A stretch of DNA of 64,000 bases from the NCBI GenBank assembly GCA_045606105.1, contig JAZURI010000002.1, forward strand, positions 64,001-128,000, read 5' to 3'. Source of the DNA: Spirochaetia bacterium (lineage in GTDB: Bacteria > Spirochaetota > Spirochaetia > CADAEX01). Of this stretch, positions 1 to 9,446 are shown one piece after another; the stretch's first letter is position 1; every line of letters starts with the position of its first letter. The notes below the pieces were generated by a model. It saw only the letters and a list, made by a program, of their open reading frames with translations. It was not told where the DNA came from and made no database searches. A program made the position numbers and the translations under genes.

Positions 1-426
1 AATGCCAAGGCAGGCGAAAAGAAGATCAGGATGGTTATCAATGAAGAGACCTTTCTCAGCAGGATTCCCGAATACATGTACAAGGATGAATTCTGTTCCA
101 TACTGGGAAATCTTGTGGACAATTCCCTGGATGAGCTTACCGGCCGGACCGACGGACTGGTGGAAATAGGCATCTTTCAGAGTGACAGTGAGATAAACAT
201 TACCGTTTATGACAACGGAAAAGGCATACCCGAAACATCAATTTCAAGAATTTTTGAAAAAGGACACAGCACCAAGGGCTCCGGAAGGGGATTCGGACTC
301 TGGCTTATCAAGGAAATAGTTGATGCATATCAGGGAAAGATAAGGATATGCTGTGTTTCGGGAACTGTGGTAAATGTCATACTGCCGATAAAACTGGAGA
401 GAAAACATGAAAATACTTATTGTTGA
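1..426 (+). CDS. Sensor histidine kinase, CitA/DcuS family (5' partial, HATPase_c domain)
   Basis: Frame is open from base 1. N box (ILGNLVDNSLD), G1 (DNGKGI), F box (IFEKGHSTK) and G2 (GRGFGL). Overlaps a CitB-type regulator. Confidence 0.85.
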   Translation, partial: NAKAGEKKIRMVINEETFLSRIPEYMYKDEFCSILGNLVDNSLDELTGRTDGLVEIGIFQSDSEINITVYDNGKGIPETSISRIFEKGHSTKGSGRGFGLWLIKEIVDAYQGKIRICCVSGTVVNVILPIKLERKHENTYC

Positions 427-1096
427 AGACGATCCGATGGTAACACACATCAACATAAAATTTGCAAACAAGGCCGGTTACGACGATGTGGAATCTGTGG
501 CCGACATAGAAGGGGCAAAGGAGAGACTGAGCAGGGGAGAAATCGATCTTGTTCTTCTCGATATCTATTTTCCCGTAGGAAAAGGGATTGAAATCCTGAT
601 ATGGATCCGTAACCGGGGGCTTAAAACCGATGTCATCCTCATAACTGCAGACCGAAGTGCCGAAACAGTGGAGACTGCCATGAACTACGGTGCTGTCGAT
701 TATCTTATCAAGCCCTTTGATTTTGAACGCTTCAAGGCAGCCATGGATAAATATATCAGCAAGATCAACGGCATTTCAGGAAAGGTAAATGTTGAACAGA
801 ACGATATCGATGCCCTTTTTCTTGACAATACAAAAAAGGATATTGCAGCCTTGTCAGGGGATTTCCTGGAAAAGGGAATGAGCGAGAAAACCTATATCAC
901 CATATTTGAAGCAATGCAGAAAAGTGAAAATGCCGTTACCTCCGAGGAGCTTGGTGACAGACTGGGAATTTCCAGGGTTTCCGTAAGAAGATATCTTGAA
1001 TTCATGGAAAGCAAGGGTATCCTGGAGCTTAAGCTTATCTACGGAAAAAAGGGCAGACCTCAGCACTTATTCAAATATATTGAAAAAAGTAATTGA
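407..1096 (+). CDS. Response regulator, CitB/DcuR family
   Basis: Receiver domain (ILIVEDD, LLDIY, DYLIKPF) and C-terminal HTH (LGISRVSVRRYLEFM...YGKKGRP). Confidence 0.9.
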   Translation: MKILIVEDDPMVTHINIKFANKAGYDDVESVADIEGAKERLSRGEIDLVLLDIYFPVGKGIEILIWIRNRGLKTDVILITADRSAETVETAMNYGAVDYLIKPFDFERFKAAMDKYISKINGISGKVNVEQNDIDALFLDNTKKDIAALSGDFLEKGMSEKTYITIFEAMQKSENAVTSEELGDRLGISRVSVRRYLEFMESKGILELKLIYGKKGRPQHLFKYIEKSN

Positions 1097-1121
1097 CCTT
1101 TATTTTTGAATTTGATAAAGT
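1093..1121 (+). promoter_or_regulatory. Sigma70-type promoter for tRNA-Met
   Basis: TTGACC-17 nt-TAAAGT with a TGn extension, 12 nt upstream of the tRNA. Confidence 0.6.
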
Positions 1122-1133
1122 ATCGACATTGAT

Positions 1134-1206
1134 GGCGGCGTAACTCAGTCGGTAGAGTAACCGGCTCATATCCGGTCTGTCAGGGGTTCAAGTCCCTTCG
1201 CCGCTA
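1134..1206 (+). tRNA. tRNA-Met(CAT), probably elongator; CCA not encoded
   Basis: Acceptor stem GGCGGCG/CGCCGCT with discriminator A. D arm ACTC/GAGT. Anticodon stem ACCGG/CCGGT with CAT at 1167-1169. T arm AGGGG-TTCAAGT-CCCTT. Lacks initiator hallmarks; tRNA-Ile2 is not fully excluded. Confidence 0.92.
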
Positions 1207-2219
1207 TTCTTTTTATATGCCAGTTGTCCGCAGGCACCTGAAATCCCGAAACCTTTCTTTTTTCTTATTGTATAGTTGATTCCTATCCTGTCCAGTTTTG
1301 CACAGAAGCTGTTTATACTTTTCACGGAAGGTGTCCTGAATGCCTTTCCTTCAACCTCATTCCACGGAATAAGATTTACAAGAACAGAAAGTCCCGATAC
1401 CATTTTCCTGAGAGCATTGATATCCTCATCACCCATGTTGAAATTTTCGATAAGAACATATTCAAAGGTAAAACGCTTGTTTTTTATTTTCTGGAATTCA
1501 CGGAGGGACTGCTTTAAATCCTGAAGGGAATATTTTCCTGTAATCGGCATTATTTCCTTTCTTTTTTCAGGAATTGCACTGTTCAGTGAAACAGCCAGCC
1601 GGATGTCATGAGGAAACTGTGACAGCTTTTCGATTCCCGGTACTATTCCGCAGGTGGAAACCGTGATCTTTCTTGAACCCAGGCCTATTCCGTTCCTATC
1701 GTTGAGAATCTCTATGGCCTTGAAAAGGTTCTCTGTATTGTCAAACGGTTCTCCCATTCCCATGAAGACGATATTTGAAAGCTTTCCCGCAATTCTTTCG
1801 CCAATCAGAAACTGCTCCAGAATCTCTCCTGCAGTAAGGTTCCTGAGAAAGCCCATATCTGCTGTCCTGCAGAACCGGCAGCCCATCTTACAGCCGCACT
1901 GAGAGGAAATACAGATGGTCTTCCTGTCGTTTCCGTCATTGAGTATGACAGCCTCGGTACAGAGCCCGTCGGAAAGCCTGAGTCTCAGCTTCTTGTTCTT
2001 CTCGTCATCAAGTACCAGATCCACCTCGGTTGTATAGACAGAGAAATTTTCTTCCAGCCTTTCACGCATGGAAAGGGGAATATCGGTCATGGAGGAAAAG
2101 CTTTCGGCACCTGAACAGAGTGCACGGTATATCTGCTTTGAACGGAACTTCTCCTTTACACCGATCAGCTCATGGATTTCATCCGGAAAAAGCCCTAAAA
2201 GACTTGTTCTTGCAGCCAA
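1188..2219 (-). CDS. rlmN: Dual-specificity rRNA/tRNA m2A radical-SAM methyltransferase RlmN
   Basis: CISSQCGCKMGCRFC (CxxxCxxC), MGMGEP and C-terminal GACGQL. Start reassigned to the TTG at 2219, just after the hisB stop. Confidence 0.93.
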   Translation of the reverse strand: MAARTSLLGLFPDEIHELIGVKEKFRSKQIYRALCSGAESFSSMTDIPLSMRERLEENFSVYTTEVDLVLDDEKNKKLRLRLSDGLCTEAVILNDGNDRKTICISSQCGCKMGCRFCRTADMGFLRNLTAGEILEQFLIGERIAGKLSNIVFMGMGEPFDNTENLFKAIEILNDRNGIGLGSRKITVSTCGIVPGIEKLSQFPHDIRLAVSLNSAIPEKRKEIMPITGKYSLQDLKQSLREFQKIKNKRFTFEYVLIENFNMGDEDINALRKMVSGLSVLVNLIPWNEVEGKAFRTPSVKSINSFCAKLDRIGINYTIRKKKGFGISGACGQLAYKKNSGEGT

Positions 2220-2221
2220 AA

Positions 2222-2797
2222 TCAGATAACACCCTTTGTGGAAAGCACGCTGCTGTGTTCCGATGGAGAATAAGCCTGCTTCAGGGCTTTTCCGAAGGCC
2301 TTGAAAAGGGCTTCTGCCATATGGTGGCTGTTTGCTCCGTACCTGCAGTTGCAGTGCAGTGAAATCTGAGCCTTGTTTGCGAATGCTATGAAGAATTCCC
2401 TTAAAAGGGACATGTCGAAGGTGCCGGACATTGCCTGAGGAAAATCGGCATTGAATACTGCATAGGGTCTTCCGCATACATCAATAACCACCTCTGAAAG
2501 GGCATCATCCATAGGGATAACCGAGAATCCGTATCTGCAGAGAGGACTGTTTTCCGCACCGAGACGGCTGAATGCATCTCCCAGGACCAGTCCGATATCC
2601 TCCACCAGGTGATGAGGATCCACATCCACATCCCCGTCAGCCTCTATACTGAAGGAAAAGCCTCCATGAAAAGCCATGGCTGTAAGCATGTGATTGAAAA
2701 AAGGGAGCGGAGTCCTGATATCAATGACCCTGCTGTCATCAATACCGACAGAAAGTGAAATATCGGTTTCTTTGGTTTTTCTTTTTACACTTATCAT
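2222..2797 (-). CDS. hisB: Imidazoleglycerol-phosphate dehydratase
   Basis: RKTKETDI, FFNHML, DPHHLVED, PMDDAL and NSHHMAEALFKA motifs. Confidence 0.95.
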   Translation of the reverse strand: MISVKRKTKETDISLSVGIDDSRVIDIRTPLPFFNHMLTAMAFHGGFSFSIEADGDVDVDPHHLVEDIGLVLGDAFSRLGAENSPLCRYGFSVIPMDDALSEVVIDVCGRPYAVFNADFPQAMSGTFDMSLLREFFIAFANKAQISLHCNCRYGANSHHMAEALFKAFGKALKQAYSPSEHSSVLSTKGVI

Positions 2798-2873
2798 AAA
2801 GGTTTCCTTAAAATCTGGATTTATTTATTTATAATACATTTATTTTAATAAAACAATATGTTATATTTTCCCC

Positions 2874-3572
2874 ATGCAGTTTTATAATGAAATTCTCTGG
2901 CTGACAGCACTTGTTGTTACCTTTTCCATTTTTCTTGCCGTTTATCGCTTTTCGGGAAAGACAGGACTTTTTATATGGATCGGAATAGCATCTGTTCTGG
3001 CCAATATCCAGGTTATCAAGCTCATAGATTTTTTCGGATTTACGATAACATTGGGAAATGTACTCTATGCCACCACCTTCATGGCCACCGATATCCTTTC
3101 CGAAAACTATTCGAAGGAACATGCAAGGAAATCAATCTGGGTAGGTTTCATCGCAATTACATGCATGATAGTTCTCATGAAGATATCAACATTGTTCAAG
3201 CCGGCAGAAGCAGATTTTGTTTCCGGAAGCCTGAACACCATCTTCGATTTCATGCCAAGGGTCAGCCTTGCCAGCCTGGCAGCCTTTGTCGTTTCCCAGT
3301 ATCACGATGTATGGGCCTATGACTTCTGGCGGAGAAAATTTCCTGAAACAAAATTTATTTTTATAAGAAACAACCTGAGTACAATCGTAAGCCAGCTGGC
3401 CGACAGTACAATCTTCACCATTGTCGCTTTTGCAGGGGTATATGATTTTCCGGTACTTGTTTCTATTATCCTTTCAACCTGCATACTCAAGTGGATAATA
3501 GCCCTGTTTGACACCGGCTGTATCTATCTGGCGGCAGCATGGCACAGGAAAGGGAAGGTAAGGGAACTGTGA
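2874..3572 (+). CDS. Queuosine precursor transporter (YhhQ/VUT family)
   Basis: Multi-TM protein with ANIQVIK, TLGNVLYA..TDILSE.Y, SQYHDV and RNNLSTIVSQLADS motifs. Confidence 0.85.
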   Translation: MQFYNEILWLTALVVTFSIFLAVYRFSGKTGLFIWIGIASVLANIQVIKLIDFFGFTITLGNVLYATTFMATDILSENYSKEHARKSIWVGFIAITCMIVLMKISTLFKPAEADFVSGSLNTIFDFMPRVSLASLAAFVVSQYHDVWAYDFWRRKFPETKFIFIRNNLSTIVSQLADSTIFTIVAFAGVYDFPVLVSIILSTCILKWIIALFDTGCIYLAAAWHRKGKVREL

Positions 3573-4201
3573 CAGACATCAATGCATTGGAATACATGAG
3601 AAGCTTTATCGAATTTACAAATCCTGTATGCAGGGAGCTGGAATCCACAAATGCGGGAAGGGATGATCTTCAGCCCTCCATCGAGCCTGAAAGCGGCCGT
3701 TTTCTTTCATTCCTTGTCAGGATGACAGGAGCCAGGAAGGTCCTTGAAATGGGATGCGGTGTGGCAAACTCCACAATATGGCTGGCAGAGGCGGTAAAGG
3801 CCAACGGAGGAATACTCTATACAGTGGACAATCATCCGAGGACCTGGGCAGAGGCCTGCAGGAATATCGAGAATTCAGGCCTGAAGGATTATGTCCGGAT
3901 GTTTCATTCCGATGCAGAGGCCGCAGTTGAGAAATTCATGGCAGATGGCGAGGAATTCGACCTTATTTTCCAGGACTGCGGAAAATATGTATATACATTG
4001 ATCTATGACCAGGTGGCATCCCTGTGCCGGAAAGGGGGAATAATAGTTGCAGACGATACCATGTTCTCAGTCTGTGACGGTGTAAGGAAAAACCTGGGAC
4101 TCCATATGGACCGTTACAATAAGCAGATGTTTGCAGACAAGGCCTTTTTCTCAACCATGATACCCATCGGTCACGGAATCACCCTGAGCCTGAAGTTCTG
4201 A
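3569..4201 (+). CDS. Class I SAM-dependent O-methyltransferase (TrmR/caffeoyl-CoA OMT-like)
   Basis: VLEMGCGVANS, FDLIFQD and GGIIVADD. The GTG start overlaps the upstream stop (GTGA). Confidence 0.8.
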   Translation: MTDINALEYMRSFIEFTNPVCRELESTNAGRDDLQPSIEPESGRFLSFLVRMTGARKVLEMGCGVANSTIWLAEAVKANGGILYTVDNHPRTWAEACRNIENSGLKDYVRMFHSDAEAAVEKFMADGEEFDLIFQDCGKYVYTLIYDQVASLCRKGGIIVADDTMFSVCDGVRKNLGLHMDRYNKQMFADKAFFSTMIPIGHGITLSLKF

Positions 4202-4208
4202 ATCAGGT
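4193..4208 (+). repeat. Left direct repeat of the glycan island
   Basis: AAGTTCTGAATCAGGT; TCTGAATCAGGT (4197-4208) is identical to 12537-12548. Confidence 0.85.
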
Positions 4209-4225
4209 TTAACTTCAATTATGAG

Positions 4226-4254
4226 TTGTTTTTTATAAATTTTATTATTATAAT
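4226..4254 (+). promoter_or_regulatory. Putative sigma70 promoter of the island operon
   Basis: TTGTTT-17 nt-TATAAT; SD-like GAGGG before the TTG start at 4287. Confidence 0.5.
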
Positions 4255-4286
4255 GATATTCATAAGCTTGACTGAGGGTAAGTACT

Positions 4287-5411
4287 TTGGATAAAGGACA
4301 TCAGAAAAAATTATTTGTTTCCCAGCCTCTTCTGCCGTCACTGTCAGATGTAAACAGGCATCTTGAGGATATATGGAATTCCAGATGGCTTACCAATATG
4401 GGAATAAAACACAACGAATTAGAAAACAGGATAAAGGAAGTCCTTAAGGTACCTTGTGCATCACTTTTCAATAACGGAACAATTGCATTGCTGACAGCAA
4501 TCAAAGCACTTGATTTACCTTACGGAAGCGAAATTATAACTACTCCGTTTACATTTGCCGCGACTCCACATTGTATTACATGGAACGGTATGACACCCAT
4601 ATTCTGTGACATAGAAAAAGATACTTGTACCATTGATGCAGATAAGATAGAAAGACTTATCAATTCTAAAACTTCAGCTATTCTTGGAGTACATGTTTAC
4701 GGTTTTCCTTGTAATATTGAAAAAATAGGGAAAATTGCCGAAAAATATAATCTAAAAGTCATATATGATGCTGCACATGCTTTTTCTACAGAGATAGACG
4801 GCCGCGGTATCGGTACATTCGGTGATATAACTATGTTCTCTTTTCATGCGACCAAGCTTTTTAATTCAATAGAGGGAGGATGTCTTACCTACAATAATTC
4901 TGATCTGATCAAGAAAATCTATAATCTCAGAAATTTTGGTATACAGTCGGAAGAAATGGTTGAAGAGGTTGGAATCAACGGAAAACTAAATGAAGTCCAG
5001 GCATCTATAGGACTGGAAAACCTGAAACTTTTCCGGGATGAACAGTCAAAAAGGGCTGAAATAAAAAAATTTTACGACAGCAATCTTGGAAAAATCAAAG
5101 GAATATGGATTCCTGAACTTCCTGCCGGTGTTACAAATTCATATCAGTATTATCCAATTATCATTGAAGATGATTTTCCTGTTTCCAGAAACGAGCTTTA
5201 TGAAAGATTCAAAACACAAAACATCTTTACCAGAAAATATTTCTATCCGGCATGTTCAGATTATGCTTGCTATAGAAACAGTCCATCGGTAATGAATTCA
5301 GATCTTTCCACAGTCAACGATATCAAGTACAGGGTTCTTTGTCTCCCTTACTACGGTTCACTTACAGAAGAAGATCTGGAAAAAATCTGCAGAGGTTTCA
5401 GATGTCTTTAA
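4287..5411 (+). CDS. DegT/DnrJ/EryC1/StrS PLP sugar aminotransferase (VioA-like)
   Basis: NNGTIAL, TTPFTFAAT, IYDAAHAF, SFHATK (PLP Lys) and RKYFYP motifs. Confidence 0.88.
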   Translation: MDKGHQKKLFVSQPLLPSLSDVNRHLEDIWNSRWLTNMGIKHNELENRIKEVLKVPCASLFNNGTIALLTAIKALDLPYGSEIITTPFTFAATPHCITWNGMTPIFCDIEKDTCTIDADKIERLINSKTSAILGVHVYGFPCNIEKIGKIAEKYNLKVIYDAAHAFSTEIDGRGIGTFGDITMFSFHATKLFNSIEGGCLTYNNSDLIKKIYNLRNFGIQSEEMVEEVGINGKLNEVQASIGLENLKLFRDEQSKRAEIKKFYDSNLGKIKGIWIPELPAGVTNSYQYYPIIIEDDFPVSRNELYERFKTQNIFTRKYFYPACSDYACYRNSPSVMNSDLSTVNDIKYRVLCLPYYGSLTEEDLEKICRGFRCL

Positions 5412-6127
5412 GAATTCTGAAGAATATAGTCTGGTTATTGTTCGGAAAAAAACGCCTCAGCAGAAAAATCAGGAAATGCAATGAAATTCAGATAAATAAA
5501 TCTGCATTGAAAAACATAAGTTTCAACATCAGGGGATGTAACAACACTGTTGTCATAAAGAACAATACCATCAACGGAAAAATTTTTCTTAATATTTTCG
5601 GAGATAACAACAGGATATTTATAGATGAAAATGTCAGTATTTCAGATTCTTTAAGAATATATATCGGACAGGATCATCCGTATTTCGGAAAAGTGACAGA
5701 TTCAGTCTTTTCAATAGGTAAGAATACATCGGTAGAATCCTTGAAATACATAACCTACAATTCCGGTACTTTCTGTGAAATAGGAGATGATTGTATGATC
5801 TCCTTTGGTATCACAATATATAATACAGACGGACACCCTATCCTTGATAAGGAAACCGGTAAAATTGTCAATCATGTTTCAGGTATAAGAATCGGAAGAC
5901 ACTCCTGGCTTGGAATGAATACTGTCATATTGAAAAATTCCGTAATTCCGGATAATTCAATCATAGGCTGCAGCTCGGTATTTTCAGGTAAAAAATTTAC
6001 CCGAACTTACTGTGCTTATGCTGGTAATCCGGCTGTACAGGTCAGGACAGATGTGGACTGGAATGTTGACGGCAAACGATACGGTTACATAACAAACAAC
6101 AGACAGTCGGAGAACAGCAATCAATGA
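5402..6127 (+). CDS. Left-handed beta-helix (hexapeptide repeat) acyltransferase
   Basis: IGDDCMIS, NTDGHPI, IGRHSWLG, IPDNSIIG and AGNPA. The ATG at 5402 overlaps the upstream gene end. Confidence 0.8.
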   Translation: MSLRILKNIVWLLFGKKRLSRKIRKCNEIQINKSALKNISFNIRGCNNTVVIKNNTINGKIFLNIFGDNNRIFIDENVSISDSLRIYIGQDHPYFGKVTDSVFSIGKNTSVESLKYITYNSGTFCEIGDDCMISFGITIYNTDGHPILDKETGKIVNHVSGIRIGRHSWLGMNTVILKNSVIPDNSIIGCSSVFSGKKFTRTYCAYAGNPAVQVRTDVDWNVDGKRYGYITNNRQSENSNQ

Positions 6128-7287
6128 AGCACGAAATTAAGGGAAACAGGATTGCATATACAGTTTTCGGGAAACAGATTCTTTTTATTAATTTTGCCTA
6201 TTACAAAAACATATTTGCAGAAACTGTCAAGGCAAAAAAAATACAGGATAACTATGATCTGAAAACACTCCGTGAAGCAAAGAAGCTTATTCTGTTCGTT
6301 GTTCCGGCATCTACCAAAATCAACGGAGGAATAATGTCCATATATTCTCTCTGCGAAACATCAAGAATGCTGAATCCCGATTCACTCTGTATAATTTCCA
6401 CATATCCCAATTCAAGGTTTACATATTCATCCAACGATAAATTCCTTAATTATGAACAGATCTACAGGTTTGACCAGATAACAGAACATTGCCGCAACCT
6501 TGAAAGTCTTATTCTCCATATACCCGAATACTACTCAAAGGAATTCTATGGTTCTCTGAAACAGAAAGATAAGGATTTTTTCAGAAATTCAGGCAAGGTT
6601 CACATCAATATACTGAATCAGAACATCGAACTTATGCCGGATCCTATGAATATCAGCAGTCTGTATGAAATAACCCATAATATAACCCAGACACTTGCCC
6701 ATAACAGATATGCGACACAGGAAGTATGTGACAAATGGCAGATACCAACACATCTTTTCTCTGTCAGTATTGATTTATCAAGATATAAGATATATAATTT
6801 TGAAAATAAAGAAAAAATAATTGTATTGTCACCAGATACAAATAAATACAGGGATAGGGTAATTGCTGTCCTTAAAGAAGGGCTGCCGGAGTGGAAAATT
6901 ATTACTGTAAATAACCTTACATTTGCAGAATATATGGATCTTATTTCAAGGGCATTCTTTACAGTTACGTTCGGTGAGGGAATGGACGGGTACCTTAACC
7001 AGCCGATATATAAGAACAGTTTAGGGCTGGCTGTATATAACGAGGATTTTTTTCCGGGTAAAAGCTGGATGAATCTGAGAAACATATATCCGGACTATGA
7101 AACCATGATCAGGAATATCTGCAGCGATCTGCAAGAACTATATTCAGACAGTGATTTGTATTATAAAGTCATCGAAGAACATAGACAGATGCTTGGTTCC
7201 ATTTATGTAACGAACAATTATGTTGACAATTTAAGGCGGTTTTATCTGGGAGAATACGATTTTTTTCCAGCTATCAAAGGAGATTAA
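6124..7287 (+). CDS. Hypothetical protein, possibly a GT-B glycosyltransferase
   Basis: 387 aa, coupled by an ATGA overlap. N-terminal GG motif (INGGIMSIY) and late FGEGMDGY resemble GT-B donor-binding motifs. Confidence 0.45.
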   Translation: MKHEIKGNRIAYTVFGKQILFINFAYYKNIFAETVKAKKIQDNYDLKTLREAKKLILFVVPASTKINGGIMSIYSLCETSRMLNPDSLCIISTYPNSRFTYSSNDKFLNYEQIYRFDQITEHCRNLESLILHIPEYYSKEFYGSLKQKDKDFFRNSGKVHINILNQNIELMPDPMNISSLYEITHNITQTLAHNRYATQEVCDKWQIPTHLFSVSIDLSRYKIYNFENKEKIIVLSPDTNKYRDRVIAVLKEGLPEWKIITVNNLTFAEYMDLISRAFFTVTFGEGMDGYLNQPIYKNSLGLAVYNEDFFPGKSWMNLRNIYPDYETMIRNICSDLQELYSDSDLYYKVIEEHRQMLGSIYVTNNYVDNLRRFYLGEYDFFPAIKGD

Positions 7288-7289
7288 GT

Positions 7290-8462
7290 ATGAGTCTGGC
7301 AACTTTTAAACATGTTAAAATTTCAGGAATAAGTGTTGTCGTTCCAGAAAAAGAAATCAATATTTATGATGAAGCACAGTATTATGGCGGAAGTGTTAAG
7401 AAAATAGACAGAATGAGAAAAATGGTAGGCTTCTGGAAAAGAAGGGTTGCCGATCTTGAAACGACCCCTGCTGATTTAGCATATGATGCCGCAATCAATC
7501 TCATTGATGACTTAAAAATAGATAAAAATACAATAGATGCTTTGGTATTTATTGTTCAACAACCGGATGTTTTAAATCCATCTACTGCATACTTTCTTCA
7601 CGATAAATTAGGACTTTCTCAGTCTTGTTTGGCAACTGATATCAATCAAGGCTGCGTAGGATGGGTCTTCGGTCTTTATATGGCAAGCCAGATGATTGAG
7701 TCCGGAGCTCATAAAAAAATCCTTTTATTGAATGGAGATACTCCTTCTGTGGGAATTGATCCTTCTAATAGGAATTCAGCACCTATTTTCGGTGATGGGG
7801 GATGTGCAACACTGCTTGAATATAGCGATAATGAAATAAAATCATATTATAATCTTGATGTTGTTTCATCAGGTTTTGAAGCTATTGTCGCACCTTTCAG
7901 TGGTACAAGATTTAGGATGGAATGGCAGAAGGAAGGGGAATTGGAATTATACCATAAATTATTTTTGGAAAAACTTACTATGCCTACAGGAGCAACTGTT
8001 CCATTAATGGGTGGATATATGGATGGAATATCTGTTTTTGATTTTACTATCAAATATGTACCCGATAATATTAAAAAATTATTAGCTTACGCAAATCTCA
8101 CCCCGGAAGATTCAGGTGCGCTTTGTCTTCATCAAGCAAACAAACAAATTATTCAGGCTGTAGGTACAGAAGCTGGATTTGAGCTTGAAAAAGTTCCTTA
8201 TACCGCATTTGAAATTTACGGTAACAGTACAATGTGTTCTATACCAACAACAATAGCCTGTCTTGATAAATCAATAAAAAAGGATAAACTCTGCTGTTGT
8301 GGTTATGGAAACGGTCTTATAGCCCTTGGTTCGATACTGAATCTTGAAAATACTTATATATCAGAAGTCAGGACATTCAAGAGACCTGATTATGTTATGA
8401 CCAGAGAAGAATATATTAATTACTGGAGAAATAAAATTACCGGTAATATAGAAAATAATTAA
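7290..8462 (+). CDS. 3-oxoacyl-ACP synthase III (FabH-like)
   Basis: Cys-His-Asn triad (DINQGCVG, LHQAN, YGNST) and IFGDGG. Confidence 0.88.
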   Translation: MSLATFKHVKISGISVVVPEKEINIYDEAQYYGGSVKKIDRMRKMVGFWKRRVADLETTPADLAYDAAINLIDDLKIDKNTIDALVFIVQQPDVLNPSTAYFLHDKLGLSQSCLATDINQGCVGWVFGLYMASQMIESGAHKKILLLNGDTPSVGIDPSNRNSAPIFGDGGCATLLEYSDNEIKSYYNLDVVSSGFEAIVAPFSGTRFRMEWQKEGELELYHKLFLEKLTMPTGATVPLMGGYMDGISVFDFTIKYVPDNIKKLLAYANLTPEDSGALCLHQANKQIIQAVGTEAGFELEKVPYTAFEIYGNSTMCSIPTTIACLDKSIKKDKLCCCGYGNGLIALGSILNLENTYISEVRTFKRPDYVMTREEYINYWRNKITGNIENN

Positions 8463-8475
8463 AAGGGAGATAATT

Positions 8476-8706
8476 ATGACAAAAGAAGATTTTTTACTTG
8501 CATTGGAGGATATCCTTCAGACCGACGATCCTATTGAAATCGATCTTCAGCTTAAAGAACTCGAAGAATGGGATTCATTAGCCATGATGGCTGTTATAGC
8601 ATATTACAAGAAGACTTTTGGAATCAATATTGTACTTAAAGAGCTTAAGGAAATTAAAACACCGGCTGATCTCATTGCTTTGGCTGGAGATAAAATAAAT
8701 GATTAA
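8476..8706 (+). CDS. Acyl carrier protein
   Basis: Small acidic 76-aa protein with WDSL phosphopantetheine motif; SD GGGAG. Confidence 0.85.
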   Translation: MTKEDFLLALEDILQTDDPIEIDLQLKELEEWDSLAMMAVIAYYKKTFGINIVLKELKEIKTPADLIALAGDKIND

Positions 8707-9445
8707 GTTTAATAAGGAACAGATTTATATTGTTACAGGTGCCTCTTCCGGATTAGGAGAAGGCACTGCTTTGCTTCTTAACGAGCTTGGAGCAACAGTA
8801 GTTGCAATAGCAAGAAATTCAGACCGGCTTGAGGCAATGAGGTCAAAATGTAAATATCCTGAAAACATGCATATTGAAATCAAAGATCTGGCAGATAATA
8901 TCGATGGATTACCAGCATATATCAAAGAATTAAAAAACAAATATGGTAAGTTTTCCGGTATGGCATATTGTGCCGGAATAACAAATATTCAACCTCTGAA
9001 AATTCTTGATATTAACGAAATGAAAAAACTATTTGATATTGATTATTTTGCACCGATTGCACTTGCAAAAGGTTTTGCAGACAAAAGAAATAATATTGGA
9101 CCAGGGGCCAGTGCTGTTTTTATTTCATCATTGGCTGCTACTGCTTGTAACAGAGCTATGACAGGTTATTCAGGTGCAAAATCTGCATTAATTGCATCTG
9201 TAAGATGTATAGCTAAAGAATATGCTTCACAAAAAATCAGATTTAATTGTGTTTCACCGTCAGATATTCAGACACCGATGCAGAATTGGTTAAAAGAAAT
9301 AAAAGGTGATGAACAAACATCATGTGTCTATCCTATGGGCATAGGGGAAGTATCAGATGTGGCCAATATGATTATTTATCTTCTTTCTGATAAATCAAAA
9401 TGGATCACAGCCCAAAATTATACAATAGACTGTGGAGTAATGTAA
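8699..9445 (+). CDS. SDR oxidoreductase (FabG-like ketoreductase)
   Basis: TGASSGLG, YSGAK (YxxxK) and IRFNCVSP. Confidence 0.88.
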   Translation: MIKFNKEQIYIVTGASSGLGEGTALLLNELGATVVAIARNSDRLEAMRSKCKYPENMHIEIKDLADNIDGLPAYIKELKNKYGKFSGMAYCAGITNIQPLKILDINEMKKLFDIDYFAPIALAKGFADKRNNIGPGASAVFISSLAATACNRAMTGYSGAKSALIASVRCIAKEYASQKIRFNCVSPSDIQTPMQNWLKEIKGDEQTSCVYPMGIGEVSDVANMIIYLLSDKSKWITAQNYTIDCGVM

Positions 9446-9446
9446 T

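Noticed and set aside
2220-2477. N-terminal extensions in the ORF track (rlmN, also 5339, 36088, 47559, 29091, 55912)
   Set aside because: They overlap neighbouring genes or promoters; downstream starts fit homology and signals better.
2798-2873. preQ1 riboswitch upstream of the queuosine precursor transporter
   Set aside because: No preQ1 stem or consensus, and the gene appears leaderless.
4205-4232. dif-like or integron attC-like site at the island's left end
   Set aside because: The XerC/XerD-like arms lack the 6-bp spacer, and there is no GTTRRRY/RYYYAAC pair or attC hairpin between genes.
6613-6621. Third copy of the CTGAATCAG core inside the island
   Set aside because: Only 9 bp, mid-gene, with non-matching flanks; plausible by chance.
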